From: Chrysomallon squamiferum
Taxonomy: Eukaryota; Animalia; Mollusca
DNA: 64,000 bases
Assembly (NCBI GenBank): GCA_012295275.1
Contig: CM022670.1
Coordinates: forward strand, 17,856,001 to 17,920,000
Direction of reading: 5' to 3'
The notes under the pieces are model-generated. The model was given only the letters and a program-made list of their open reading frames with translations. It ran no database searches and was not told the DNA's origin. Below are positions 40,072-58,355 of this stretch, piece by piece (position 1 is the first letter of the stretch; each line of letters opens with the position of its first letter). Both the position numbers and the translations under genes were made by a program.

Positions 40072-41749
40072 CAGGATCTTGTGTCAACATTTCTAGAGAC
40101 ACATACATCAACATTCTTTTTAAACTAACCGGTCATGGCAGATGCGAAGAAGTAAACAAAAAATCATGGTCCATGAAGACATTGTCATCATTATTTGAAG
40201 CAACTCAGTGCAATCACAGAGCTGTCGTTAATACAGCGTTGTTGTTACAGCTATCTTTACATACATTATATTTTTATAAATTCAAAGTGAAATGGTTTTT
40301 TTTTTTTTTTTTTTTTTTTTAATAAATATAGCTGGTATGATTTTTGTGTTTTATGCTTATTTTGGGTGTTTTCATAAATTTAGATTACAGTGATTGTAAA
40401 ATTTTGCAACATTTTCAGATGAATTACTTTGTCACGGCATCAGTTTGGATTCATGTCTCAAGTATAAGATAAGAAGAAAAAGCAGTTTAATTTTGAAATC
40501 TAAATTAAAAGGCATTGGATTTTGCACAAATTCTGTCAATTATGGATGTGTTATATGCTAAATACAAATTAGGAACATTTATGTTTAGTTTGCTCATAAA
40601 TATATAATTTTTGAAGTTATTTTTTGATGGAAGGCATAGAACACTAGATGTGAAATATTAATAAATACTCAGAAGATCTGAATAATATATATATTATTAC
40701 TGGACATTTATTTATTTATTTTATGAGTAAAATGCAGATGGCAATGGCAACAACAAAATGCAAACTGCAAAACCTGCTAAATTTACATAATGTGAAAGTA
40801 TGGTTATTTTTATTTTATTTTATTAATTTTTTTTTATTTTTTAATTGTTCCATTAAAAATATGTTGTGATAAACCACAGACTTGTTGAAAAATGATTGTT
40901 TTCAGTAAATAAATCATATTCCTATTTCTAAAATTTTAAGTTTTAGATTTTTTTTTTTTTTTTTTGTCATGCATAACATTCCTGTACATTTAATTTTTTT
41001 AATACAAGTGGGCTTAGGAAAAATTTAATTACATCTTCAGATTTAAATAAATAGTGATTAACTGACTGGTTTTTCTTTTATTTTATGTAAATGAGGATTT
41101 ATAACAGTTAAATTAAAACAAAACTATTGTATTCTAATTTTAAAGATATCTTTTGTTTTTATAAAATATTTTATTTTTAATTATACAAATGTTTGGCCTT
41201 TCCAGTACATGGGATTTCATAAAGTTTCTCATATTTTCATTTGCTAGAGGATTTGTATAAATGCAAACTATTCATTTGTAATAAAATGATGATTTCCAGT
41301 AAAATATGTGTTGTTTTTATTCCTTTATTTTGTTAAAGAAAGAAAATAGAATTATTATTTAACTGTTGAATTACTAATGAACATGCAGTTCATGCACAGA
41401 GATAACACAAAACAAACAAGTCTTCACAGGATGATAGTCCAAAAGACTAATGTACAAGTATTTATACTGTGCATCTGTACACATTGTTTCAGAATTCTTT
41501 TTATACATTTTAAAACCACCATTTTGTCACCAATCAATATAATGTGACAAATGTTTAGTGTCTTACGCATTATTTTTCTCCGTTTGTTTTTATTTTTTTA
41601 ATGTAAAATAAGTAAAAAAAATAAATAAAGTATTTATACAATCTTGTTTTACGAGAGATACAGTTTCAAAAGTTATAAAATAAAAACAACTCCAAATTTA
41701 GTAAATGTTCTACATAATCTTAACAGATTTTTGGTTGCTTTAGTGCATG

Positions 41750-42090
41750 ATACAAGTAAACGGCGGAAGCTAAATAACTATTATCATAAAGTTATGTTTC
41801 TGTGAAACTAGAATTCCGAGAACTTATATATATATATATATAAATTATTATTGGTTGTAACATGGATTTTTTTTATTATAAAAAGCCATTATCATGTTGA
41901 ATTAAATTTTAAAAAAACAACAACATTTAATCCAAAATAAATATCTTTATTTTATACCAATAAATTACATACAAAATGAGATTTACGAGATGGTAATGAG
42001 AATTTGGCGCCATTTACGAAACTAAACAAATAAAAATTACACAATTTAGATCACGAGAGCTGTGAATAAAACATATCTAAGGTTTTGGTA
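41750..42090 (+). promoter_or_regulatory. Putative SSX2IP promoter and non-coding first exon
   Basis: ETS-like GCGGAAG (about 41763-41769), YY1-like GGCGCCATTT (42006-42015), donor GTAAGA at 42088 pairing with acceptor TTTCAG at 42615, two bases before the ATG. Confidence 0.5.
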
Positions 42091-42616
42091 AGAAATATTA
42101 TTTGTTTATTTTGTGACCGGTTTTTTTACTTAGTAAACTGGAAACTAAAAATTATATGTGAAAGTTTTTCAAAAAATTTAATACGAAACTAAAATAATAT
42201 TTCTGTTTAATTGTGCATGTTTTCCTACCACAACAGTTAATTAAAAAAAAAAAAAAAAAACAGGTGCTTTTTTATTTCATTGTTCTTTATTTTTCGGAGA
42301 TTAACATTTATTTACTGTCATTATTCCAGATTTGAAAAATGTGTGTATAAAGTTGATTTTCAAAACGAATCAAGTCTTGTAAATTACAAAAAAAAATCGG
42401 GAGTTTGGAATTAAGTCGATTCGTATTAAACTTTAAAGACTGTAAGACACTTTTTCTGTTTTCATGAATTTCGGAAATGTTATTACAGTTAGAGATTATG
42501 GTATCAAGTTTTGTATATATCCATAAAATAACTTACTAAACGGCAGTTTTTGCAACTAAAATATTCTATTTAAATCGGTAGCATTTGTTAATCTTTTATA
42601 TTTTGACTATTTCAGA

Positions 42617-45600
42617 ATGGCTAACTGGGATGTTCTCAGAGAGTCTGCAAGGCTAAATTTAGTAAATAACTCTTTAATGCAGTACCTCAGAAATTCAGGA
42701 ACATCATTAAATATCGACAGTCAGGCAGAAATTATGTTTCATACATCTGAAAATCAAAATGCAAATTTTTGTTCAAGTGATAACATTGAGGATTGTATAT
42801 GTTTGTTAAATCAGGTAATCATTTTATTACAAAATTATTTTAAATTAAATTATTAATGAGCACCCCGATGGAAATGTGTTTATTTCACTTTATTGTGCTA
42901 TCTTTGTATTGTAATATACTTTTATATCATTTGTAATTACATCATTATTTAAAATTAATAAAATAAATGAATTAAACTAACATTTTAATTTTGAAAATAA
43001 GTGTCAGTGCCACAGAAGATTTATTAAAATATTAAGCTACTTAAATTTAAATATTTGAATTTTATGGAGATATCCATAATTGTATATAAATAAAGGATTT
43101 ATTCATTTTTAATTGTAAATTTTAAAACACTAGTTTTAATGTTGTTCTAACATTACTAGAAGAGTAAATTAGACATTGTTATTATGTCTTCTTTTTTCTT
43201 TCTATATTTTTATTTATTCTACAGGAATTACAGGTTCTTGGTTTCCCTTTAATCCCAGAAGACACAGATATTGTTCTGATGCTCAACAATCTTCATGATA
43301 TTCTTCGACTTTATCAGAGAAGTGTGCGAGATAGAGAAGAATTGACAGACAGGTATTCTGTACTAAATAGCTGATTTGTCATTTCATGTACTAAGTCCTG
43401 CAGTGTTGTTAATATTTTAAATTCTGGTCGGTGTCAAAAAAAAAAAAAAAAAAAAATCCATCTTAACTAGAGGTTTCATGTAATTCAATTGTGCAAATAT
43501 TACACGCATGGTTTACCATCACATCACGTGTACCACATTCTTTGTTAAATCTGTTTTGCAACTGGTTTAATTAAAGTTATTAAATCAAAGCATTTAAAAA
43601 AAAAATTAAAAAATCCTGTTGGTGTAAACAGTATGAGTATTATTGTACTGAGAATTGTTAAAGGCTTTATTTTATAATACCCACTTATAATTTGTTTCTG
43701 TGATCACTTCAGGTTACACAAGATTGTTGCAGAGAGAGATCATTTCCAGTCAAAAAACAAACGTTTGAGAGAAGAGATAGAAACTCTGGATAGAGACCTT
43801 GCAAGAGAACAAGAAAATAGTCGACAGTTGACATTGCAAAACAAGAATGTCAACCAGAGGCTGAAGAAAGAAAAAGATGAGGTTGTGTAACATTATGTTC
43901 ATCGTTATGAATTTCTCATGATTTAATATCATCATTAAAAATTACTATTATGTAAATTTCGTAACCAGATTATGTAAAAATATGAAGAATTTAAATTAAA
44001 TCTTGTGTGTTAACTTGAATTATTCAACTTGGGATTTTGAGAGGTGCAAGCAGATACACACATTTTATTCTTAGAATAGAGAATATAGAGGTTGGGCTAA
44101 AAACAAAATGTCTGATAACTTTTTTCTTTTTACTTTTGATAATATATTAACTGATTCATCTCACAGAAATATAAAAACGAACCAATGTGACATTGTCAAA
44201 ATAATGGTGGGATTATTTAATTAAAAATAAAAAAATTAAAAATTTCAGGTTAAAAAACTGCATTCATTTATTCAACGAGAAGCCCAGCAGGCAAATCACA
44301 GAGTGAAGAAGTTGGAGAGACAGGTTGTCAAGTTGTCTGACAGACTTCACGACCAAATGAGTGATAAAAACCCTATCAGAAAAGTTGGTAGGTCAAAACT
44401 TGTCAAGTTTAGTGAATAAACTAATTATAAACATCAGTAACATTTCTTATTTAAAATGCAGTTGATATTACAACATCTGAAGGATTTGCATTTAGTAAGA
44501 AAATGGTTTAACTGACAACATAATAGTGTTTTGTCTGCTTGTTTTTCAAATAAAAGTGTATTGCTGATTTTGTCTATGTCTGTCTGTCTTTATACTTTAT
44601 ACATATACACATACATATTTATTCATCTACACTACATATATATATATATATGTGTGTGTATGTATGTATGTATGTATGTATGTATGTATGTGAACATTCA
44701 TTCATTCTAGGTATTGGTATTGCACATCCTATTCGTGATGGTCGCAGAGGAGTGTGGAAAACAGGCCAAAATAAGTAAGCATTTACAGGCTATTTCTTTT
44801 AAAATCACTCTATATTATTCATGTCTTTTATTTATTTATATATATCATATATATTTTACAGGCAAACAAAACGTTAGTAATGAAGTATTGGTTTTTTTTC
44901 ATTATCTTGGATATCCTGTTACATAGAACTGAATGTTGTGTTTTTCCTATTATTTTTTTCAAAAGCTTTATTTGTCTACAGTAATAATTAATGGTAACAA
45001 TGTTAATAAAATACTAATTTTGAGAGTATTTATTTTATTTATCTAGACAGGAGCATGAGTTACATCAGTACATAGTGTCAAAGTATGAGGAAAGACAACA
45101 GCACATGTCTATGGAGATAGCAGAACTGAGAGACTGTCTGATCAACATGGAACGAGAACTTTTGTCTGTCCTTAATCGCAGTGACAGTTCCTTCCATCTG
45201 CACTCATCAAATGTTTGTTTTTAACAATAGTTTCAGTTTGTTGTTCACACTATTTCTGCTTTGAGAAGATATTTTTTTCTTTTTTCCCATTGTTATTAAA
45301 AATCTGATTCAGATGAAAAGTTGAATAATCCCTACCATGCTTAAATTAACAAAGAAAACTGAGAGTTAAAAAAGAGAAAGATAATTAACTCAATCAGTGG
45401 AAATGAGTTTCAGGAAGAGGTGGTATCACTGGATCAGTTAAAGAGTTCATTAGAAAATATAAGTTAACGGAAAGATTTGTCTAATTTAAATTTTAAAGAA
45501 TAAACTGAGTACATACAGAAGATTGTTCACTACTCATCACTGATAATGTCATTGCCACTTAGTTTTATGTGTAATTAAGTAGACTGTTTTAAGGGAACTT

Positions 45601-47004
45601 TTTAAATTTAAGAAAAAACAACAGTAATTTAAACCTATTTTTCCTTTATTGTTGACAGTAAAATGAAAGTTTATTTTTATTTTTATCAGAACAGGCCAGG
45701 TGATGTGTCAACCTCAACAGATGATGAGACAGATGAAGTTATGTCCCCTTCTTCTCTTTGTCTTGGTGATCTACAGAATACAGATGGTAAGATTAATGAC
45801 ACTGTCATTATTATCTTCTGAAAAATTTAAAATATGGCACAGTTATACAAAACCCATGGTGGCAATATCTAAATTCCCTTTCAAACAAAATTACAAGAGT
45901 GAAAAATAATAATAACATTGTGAATTTAAATAAACACATATTGAAATATGGTTGTAATGTATAATTATATGTTATTTTCATATTTGTTTTCAGAAGAATG
46001 TGATTTTACACAGTCTGGACATAAAGACATTGAGAAGAGAATAAAGAAAACTTGTAACTTACTCAAACAAAAGATCATCTCCACACAACAAAATGGTGAA
46101 TGTTTTTTATTTATTCATTTATTTATTTTTCAGCAGCACAGTGCCCTTCCATACAAAATTAAATTAAAAAAGAAAAACTTTGAAGTCATAATTTTTGGAA
46201 CACTTTTTAAATTTGCAAATAGAAACATAGTCATTTCCTGATAAATCATTTTATTGATATTTCACAAATGTTGAATTTTTCAGTCACATTTGTTTACTGC
46301 TTAAGTTTAAAAAACCCAAAAAAAAAAAAAAAATAGTGAGTTCCGATTCGTTACTTGATGATTATTTTATTTTCATGTAGGTACCATGAGCTCCACACCA
46401 ACAGTAGATGCTACTGTGTCATCAAGAAGATCCCAGAGGTCAAGCTCTACTAGCCAAGATGATGACCGGCGGTCAAGTGAGAGAGAGAAATTGTGTAATC
46501 AGATTCAGCAGTACAAAGAGATTATCAAACAGCAGGAACAACTCATCCAAGTATTCAGAGTTTTTTAAAATTTGAAATGATTCTTAGAAGATACTTTCTT
46601 TTGGAACATTCCTTCTGCAGAAAAAATATTTAAAAAATATTAAAGTTTACACATGAATTATGAAATATCAGCGATATTTTTATGATAAAGATTCTTGAAA
46701 AAAAAAGACATAATGACAAATAATAAATGTTTGGATTATATTTAAAAAATTGTATGAACAAATACCCTTTTGTAGATATCCAAGTCTTGTACTTATTTGT
46801 CATTACCAGTTTTTGCTAATAATTAAGTATATAAATAATAATGCAATCTCGAAACATTTTTCAGTGATTTATAACATAATTTTATAGCCAGTTCTATTTT
46901 TGTGCTGAGCTGTCTTTAAACAATCCTGAAAATGAACAAAATCTCTCATAAACTAAGGACAACAACTCTACAATGATTAACTGATTAACTCAGACAATCA
47001 ATTG

Positions 47005-47043
<39 letters not shown>

Positions 47044-48356
47044 TTAAAATCACAACTTTATGAGATTTATTTTATTGGTATGTTTTATTGTTAGCAGAGG
47101 TTGGTGTAAATAAAATTAAACAGATATTTGGTATTTTACAAAATGTTGCTGTCTCTATTTTTTTAATTATTTATTTTGTATTCACAGCAGACACTGAGAA
47201 ACCAGTCTCAGTCAGTAGAGACCAATTTTCTTCATGAGTCACATCTGCTGGACGAGAAGGAAGATCTTGCAGAGAGAGAAAAGATATCTGTTGAAGGAAA
47301 AAACTAATTTTGAAGAAGAGAAAAGAAAATTTGCTGAAGTGGCAGCTAAACTTGGAAAAGAGGTTTGCTAAACTGAATCTGTATTATTTTATATTGGGAT
47401 ATAACTCATTTTTAATATTTTTGTAATTAATTCATTATTATAAACTTATGGTTTAGTATTTTTATATCTCTTTCTATTAAAATAAAAATAAATTTAGGTA
47501 ATAAATACATAAAGAAATAATTTTTTTTTATTTTTTATTTTTTTTTATATGGTTTAGACTTTTCAGCATTTGTATTTGTGGTAATAACAAATACATTAAT
47601 GGTAATTTTATCATGTAAAATGAACTTCTGACATTTTTTTAACCAGTCTTTTTCAGGATACTGTTACCATTTGTTCTATGTAAACTTCCATAACACTGTA
47701 CACTAATGTAGATATACAATTGTCATGTTGACAACTGATGTAGCAATATATCAAAACTTAAACTATTTAAATTCTTAGTCCTGACAGGATACAACAAATG
47801 GATATCTGCAAATGTTACAGAAAATTTTATTTATGATAAATAATGCAATATAATATAAAACCTTTTAATTTTTATTTGTTTTATTTTTTTTTTATTTTTT
47901 TTATTTTTTTAAAATCTTTGTAGTAATAATAATGGAATAAAATTTGAATTTTCTTTTTTTTTTAAATATAATTTTTTTTTTTTTTTTTCGTTTTCCTAAT
48001 ATTTACTTTGATTTATTTTTCTCTTTAATAGAATCATTGTCCTCACATGACAGGTATAAGACATGGCATGTTTGAAAATTGTTTTTTTAAGTCAATATTT
48101 ACAGTGCAGTTTTCCAGTGCATAGTGAAGTCATTTTGGTGCATTTTGATAAATAGTCAAAATTCTGCATGGCAACATTCTGTCCCACTTGTAGGGAAAAA
48201 ACCCACAAGATTTTACAAATATTTTTAAATTTATATTCTCCTTGGCTAATGTAATATGTAGTATCTCCATTCTAAACCTTTACATATTTTCATTCATTTA
48301 TTATTTGCAGCTTGTTTTGGGTTATTTTTTTAATTAATTTGTTTTTAATTTTTGTA

Positions 48357-48409
<53 letters not shown>

Positions 48410-50477
48410 TTATTTTTTTAACTAGTACTACATTATTTCCTTGGTCTGATTTTATATCAAATTCAGGAAAATGATTTTCAAATTCATGTTGTTTGTATTT
48501 GTGATCCAGTATTTGATATTGTAATAGACATTAGAATCCAGAAGTACTGGTTTGTGTTTTCCTGCATTGACAAAAATGCATGTTGTAAATCATCCCTCTC
48601 AAATGATGATAATCCTGGAATGAAAACATTTATATGATTATATGAAAGTTACTAATAATGTAGTTTTGATCTTAATTTATCAGTAAATATAACTAATATA
48701 CGCTAACATATTTGTAATTTGAACAACATTTTTATAATATTCATCTTAATGCCAGAAATTACTTCAGTTTATCTTTTTAGCAACATTGCATCCTAGTGAC
48801 TGGAACACATATTTATTTTAGTTTTTATTCACCCAGCTGATATTTTACAGTTTATATTTGTAATATATTTTATTTTGATTGATATTAAAATTACATTTTT
48901 TACTTATTTACTTACAAAAACTTGAATGTTTATCTTTCTCTCTTTTTTTTTTTTTTTTTTTTAAATTTATTTATTTATTTATATATTTGCACATTTTGCA
49001 TCTGGAAATTTATTGTGCATGGATAAATCCTACAATTCTGGTTATAAATCAAAAGTATTAGTGATACCAAAAAATTCTAAATTCAGGCTATGGTTAAGAA
49101 TCAACTAAAATAATCACTGTAAAATATAACAACATAAAATAAAATACTTTAAATAATAACATTGTGACAAGCTGTGTTAATGATACAGATACAGGCTTTT
49201 ACTAATAGTAGTATCTTAAAAAAATTTCATCATGATGGAATAATACATTTAATTTTACATGATCATTGATACATAATACAAGTATAGATACTAACAGTAG
49301 CTCATGATGTGCATGGACATTTTTACTGATGATCCTTTTAATAGCTCTTAGGTTTTTTTGATTCTACCATTTACTGAAAAACCAGTAATGTTTATTATGA
49401 TTTGATTTGTATGATCCTTTTTTCTTAGTTTATTCAAATGGATCAAAACCAAAGTAGTTTTATCAGTGATAAAAAATAGTAAATCCACTGAGAATTGATG
49501 AAAGCATTCATCATCTATATTTGGTTTCAAGTTTGATAATCAGCTCATATGAATGAAAACAGTTAACCAGTTTATTTTTATTGTTAATCATAAGTAGTTT
49601 TCATTTAGTTACATTTATAAACATTCATGTAATTCAAATTATAAACAGCCTTCATTTAATTAAATCCATAATTGCCCTTCAGTTAATTAAATTTATGAAT
49701 GACCTTCGTTTAGTTAAGTTTATAAAACCTTCATTCAGTCATATTTATTAAAAAGTTACACTGAAGATGATTTCAAAGTAAAATTTTAAGTGATTGGTTT
49801 TTTATTGTTGTGAATTAACCAGTCAAGTTTTTTACAGAAAAAAGCATTACAAGAAGAAAGAGTAGAGATGTTTATGGAGCACTATAAGAATCTGGATACT
49901 TTCAGTGGGTCAGATGATAGTGCCTTTGGCAGTTCTCATCAAGGTAAACTACTCAAATTATTTATAATTAAAAAGATACTTAAAGTGAATTGTTGTAAAA
50001 CAGAAGAAACATTTACTAATAGTAATACACTCAGTTTATATGTTACATAATAAATCATCTTTTCTTTTTTCACTTTTTTCTTTTGGCTAATAGAAATTAG
50101 ATATCTTTGCTTTTTATTTAAATTTTTAATTTTTCTTCTTGTAATTAGGATTGTCACATCATGTGAGAATGCTACCAGCAACTCCTCTTTTCTCACCATC
50201 ATGCAGACAGAAAACTCCTAACACAAAGGAACTCTACAGATCACTGGGAATCACACCATGTCAGTCGTCCATTGTTAAGAAGTTGCGGAAAGTGGCCAGC
50301 GAGGAGTCTGTTGTGATGTCCTCGTCAAAGAAATCATCTTCAACTGGTCGACACAGCACACCGTCTGACATGAGTTCCAGTACATCATCGCTGCAGATGG
50401 ACGTCATGAAAAGGGCGTTGTTTCATAGTGCTGCCAAAGTGGCAAGTCTTAGTGATTTGAAAGACAGTGGTTCATAA
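42617..50477 (+). CDS. SSX2IP: Afadin- and alpha-actinin-binding protein (ADIP/SSX2IP/Msd1), coiled-coil centriolar-satellite protein; 12 coding exons, about 613 aa after correcting one extra base
   Basis: Exons 42617-42814, 43225-43352, 43713-43881, 44249-44387, 44711-44774, 45047-45212, 45690-45786, 45994-46095, 46381-46550, 47188-47362, 49838-49943, 50149-50477. Family-like segments: FCSSDNIEDCICLLNQELQVLGFP, RDGRRGVWKTG, YEERQQHMSMEIAELRDCLINMERELLSVL, KTNFEEEKRKFAEVAAKLGKEKKALQEER. Exon 10 has a +1 frameshift at about 47271-47282. 5' UTR donor G|GTAAGA at 42088. Confidence 0.9.
49600..49748. repeat. Degenerate 25-27-bp minisatellite in SSX2IP intron 10
   Basis: Units such as CCTTCATTTAATTAAATCCATAATTGC, CCTTCAGTTAATTAAATTTATGAATGA, CCTTCGTTTAGTTAAGTTTATAAAA. 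Confidence 0.7.
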
Positions 50478-51615
50478 AAGGGTACACACATCAGGGTCAT
50501 AATAAAGATTTTTGCTTATTTTAAAAATAATTATAACAATAATAATAATAATAATAAGAGAATAACGTATTGAAAATAAGTTTAACTCTGATCGAGTTTG
50601 TTTAAGTGGTGGTAAATGAAAAAGGCATTAACAATTTATTTTTTAAGTCAGTGGTTGTATTTTGTTTTTATTATTATTGTGACATTTAAAAATGGCATTT
50701 TTATTCCATATTTCTTTACAAAATATTATTTATGAAGGATTAGGTGGGTTGGTTGTAATGTTTGGGTTTATAAAGGTAAAGTCTTAACTTACATAATCAA
50801 AGATCATTCCGGTGAATAAAGGTTTAAATTTTCATCTAAAAACATTTTCTTATTGTTCCATAGAGTTGTACGTGTGCCATTAAAATGCCATATGATGTAA
50901 ATGTTTTGTAAGTACATTTTGTAATAGAGTCCTGTGTCAAGCTTTGATTTCGGATATTTCAGTGTCCAGCTTCACTTTCATTATTTCTTATATTTGAGGT
51001 CTCATCTGAGGTACTATGCAGCTTTCATTCAAGTGTGGCCATCCATGAAGTATCTTGAAACAGCTTTAGGTTTTGGCAGCTTAGTTTAGTTGTGCCATTA
51101 ACATTTTAATAAATGTATATTTAAACTCAGGGCAGTCATTCCATTTCAATATTTTAGGTGACAAATTAAGATTTGTTCCTGTGTTTTCTGTTTCACAGTC
51201 ATAATGAGGGTATTTTTATCGACAAGCAGAAATTCAAACTTTTTGTTATTTATACAAGAATCTCATTTTCTTAAATACATGAATATTAGAAAATACGTCA
51301 GCATGTTTTTATAATGGCTAAGAGTTTGTTGGGTGGTTTTTTTTATCAAAATATCCCATCTTATTTTTTTTAAATGGCAGAAACATTCTTTAAAATAACT
51401 GTGGATAGGGCTACCCCTTACATAAGTAGATGGTTGTCTAAGAAATTAATATAATGGCAGCTGCCACAGTGTTGAAATTAATACATCTCTTTCTTGAAAC
51501 TTACTTGGGGTATTTATTAAAATATGAAGAATTTTTCAACCAATAATCATAATAAATAGGTGGTGTTGACTGGGTTTTTGAAAGAGGTCTATTTGTTACT
51601 TTTACTACTTTGTTT

Positions 51616-51654
<39 letters not shown>

Positions 51655-54395
51655 TTTGTTTGGTTATTTATTTGTTTATTGTTTATTGTATATTAAGAAT
51701 TAAGAATTAAAATAATCAGTTACAAGCTTTTACAATGCTCATTTATTTTCCTAAATAAACCTGTGATAATATACTTTTGATATTTAATTCAAAGATCTAA
51801 TAATTTTATTTTAGTGAAATATTTAAAATTCAAAATACATGATAAATATTTTATTCATGACTTAATTTAGTTCTTTTGCAGTTTACTGTTAATCTGTTAT
51901 TTCCTTTGAGGTATGCAATAACCAGAATTAATGATGTTTGATATTTTTTTACCTGTGTACTTTTTCCTGTTGAATTTATACAATCCTGTATGACATATCA
52001 CTGTACATTATCAGGATTAAGTGTGTGATAAACTATTAATATGCAAATTTTATTCCGTCCATGATCTGATTATGTTCATGTCCACAAAAAATCAATAAAT
52101 ATTACACTTCATTTGATTACTCTGATTACTAATTTAATCTTAAAAGATCAAATTAGTAATCAAACTGAATAAAATATTAATGTCAAAATGTATTTTTTTT
52201 TTCTTAAATAAATTAATATCAGAAAATGTTAGAGTAAATTTTCAAGTTGAATTTTTAGTTTTTAAATGGTGCATTTATCTGCTTCACATTTTATACATTG
52301 GATATTTTTGTTCATGTTGCTTTTGCTTTAAAAACAAAAAAAAAGTCTTCTTTTTTTTTTATTATTATTGTGCCTTGAATAAAATTTTGTGTATTACCTG
52401 TATTGTGTAGTAGATTATTTTAATACGTATGTTTTTGTGTTTTTTTTATGTTTGTAATAAAATATTTTCTGATCATTTGTAGTCTATGGTATTTATTGAC
52501 ATAAGATTTAGCGTACATTTCTTTTTAATTACATCCTAAAAGCCTACATTTCAGAATTACTTTTTTTAGTGTGAATGTGTGCACTTTAAAAATGAGAATC
52601 GAGACTTCAGTTTTATAGCAGTATTTGGTAGACGTTTGAAGACCAAGACAGTAACAGATATATTCCCCAGTGATTAAGATGAGTAATGGTCAAAGATGAG
52701 AAGGCCATTTCACAAAATTTCATGAAAATAATTTGACTTGAATGTCAGAAGCTGAAATTTAAACAAGAGCAAGACAATGTACATATATGTACAAATGACC
52801 CAACTTATTCGGCTGGAAATAGTATAAGAACACTTCACAGATGTGCAGAAACATGGATATTCAGGACACTGATATAAAATTACTTTACAATGTACATGTT
52901 CATAACCCGAAATACCACCTCCACTTACTAATACGAAGTACAAAAACCTGTAGTATAAAATACCTTGAATTCTTTCCGACTTGAGAATGTCCTGCATCCG
53001 AAAACCGGATAAAATTTCGACATAAACAAAAGTATGTATTTATTTATCGTGCATTCGAGAACACGTAAATACTTCGATATAAACGAATATATGTTTTTAT
53101 TTTTGCTTTTTTCAATAAATAGTGGCAGGATATTGTAAGTAGATAATGTTCCATGTTATCGGTCACTGACCCAATATAATGCTTCGATAAATTATTTGTT
53201 GAATAGATAGATAGATATATTGTACGCAGCAACTTCATTAGTGTTTAATTGCTGGTTTAGATCTTAAAAGGCAATTTTGAAATCGGTTTAAAAAATAAAA
53301 CATTACTTGTTATTTCATAACTTTTATTTTGACGGATTGTGTCTGAAAGCGACATGGAAATCAATAGGCGTGAATCTACTATTCATAAGAGCAGTGAGTT
53401 GAGAAAAAAAGAAGTTAATTTTACTTGGTTTTTGTATTATTTAGGAATGCAAAAAATAAATAACTGGTTACTGTATTAGGATATCAGCTTTATACTGCCC
53501 TACTCGAACGGCTCGATGCAACTCGCACAGCCTCGCTGAATCGGGCCATTCTTACATTCGCAAGATAAAGCTGTTAACCCTTCAATACCTAGATAAATTT
53601 CTTCATCACTATTAAATAATATAATACAAACAAAGTTGTACACAAACAAAACAATTCGTTTTATTTCAAATAAATTAAACAAGAAAATACAAACTGTAAT
53701 AAAAGTTAGTATCAACATTGGCACAACAAACACAAAATTACAAGCAGGTTTTTTAATAAAAATCATAAAACTTTCATAATCTTTAATACTGGTGTTGGCC
53801 TTAATAAAATAATGAAATAAAAGTCACAATATTATGACTTCCCAAACGACAAAGATTAACATTTAACAAAGCAAATCGAGATTTGTAATGTAAAAACATA
53901 TAATGAGATTTTACTGACGAGTCATTTGAAAGTCTATTGCAGAATTAAAACACTGGCGGCTTTGGTATGTGTATAAAAGTTTTCAACTGCTAAAATATAG
54001 CTATACACTATATATGTGGGATGGATGGGGGACGGGGTGTGTATATAAGAGAGAAACAGAAATAGATTCATACCATTTTGTATTTCGAATCCCTTTTCTA
54101 TAAATAATATTTTATTTATTTTTAATAACATAACTATTATTATTATTATTATTATTAACAGATTAACTTAATTTCCAATCTATTTTGTCATTTCTCAAAA
54201 ACAAGTATTTCAAGTCACTGTCATTAAAACAAGCAGGTTTACTGGTCTCAGTGGTTGTCTTCAAACAAACAGGAGAGTACAGTAAATATGTGAAATACTT
54301 ACTACAGTTGTTGTTTATTTTTTTCTTTCTTTTTTCTTTTTTAATTTTGTTGTTATTCTTTTTTCTTTATTTTTTTCTTGGTAATTATAATAATA

Positions 54396-57616
<3,221 letters not shown>

Positions 57617-58194
57617 GCACTAACGAAATCTGTCGTTTTCTAAATCGTTTTAAAAGCCATTTGTTTTAACGCTGTGGGTAGATCCATCCTGAAAGGGGTG
57701 GTCAGGTTTGTTACAAAAATGTTTCATTATTTGAAATACTGCTGTATTTTGACCATTTTATTCTTGATCATGCGACAGTCGTCAAATCCCTTATTACTTC
57801 TTATAACCGTGCCATCGAGTTACGAGAAAGCTAATTAATAGCTGCATTTCAGTAATTATTTATTGATCATTTTCCCCTAACAACATAATGAGCTGTGCTT
57901 AGTTTCTTGGTGACTTTTTTCAGTTCATTGAGGTTTGGCAGTTCATAAACGTGTGTCTAATCGCTATAATCAAACATATTGAATAGACGACTTATGACTC
58001 GCTCTGGGAGTTTGCATTGAATTGCTGTAGAGTGTTGCATGTACGTGCGACAAATTAATATAACATTCAGGGTACAGATCTAAAATTTCACAGAAGGGCA
58101 AACATGTTACTGTAATACTGGATTTAACTTTCAAGATGAAATAGATTTCGATATAAAATATGAAGAAGAAAAAAAAACAGAAAAAAATGTGAGA

Positions 58195-58227
<33 letters not shown>

Positions 58228-58324
58228 TAATAAGTAAGTAAATAAATCAATAAATAAAGATGCAAACAAACCGACTAATGCTTTTCCCACCAAGATTTCT
58301 TACATAATTACCGCCGCTGGTTAG

Positions 58325-58355
<31 letters not shown>

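Noticed and set aside
52710-53766. Cys-containing minus-strand ORFs (52710-52997, 53500-53766)
   Set aside because: No recognisable domain and no consistent splice chain; more likely decayed repeat or intergenic sequence.
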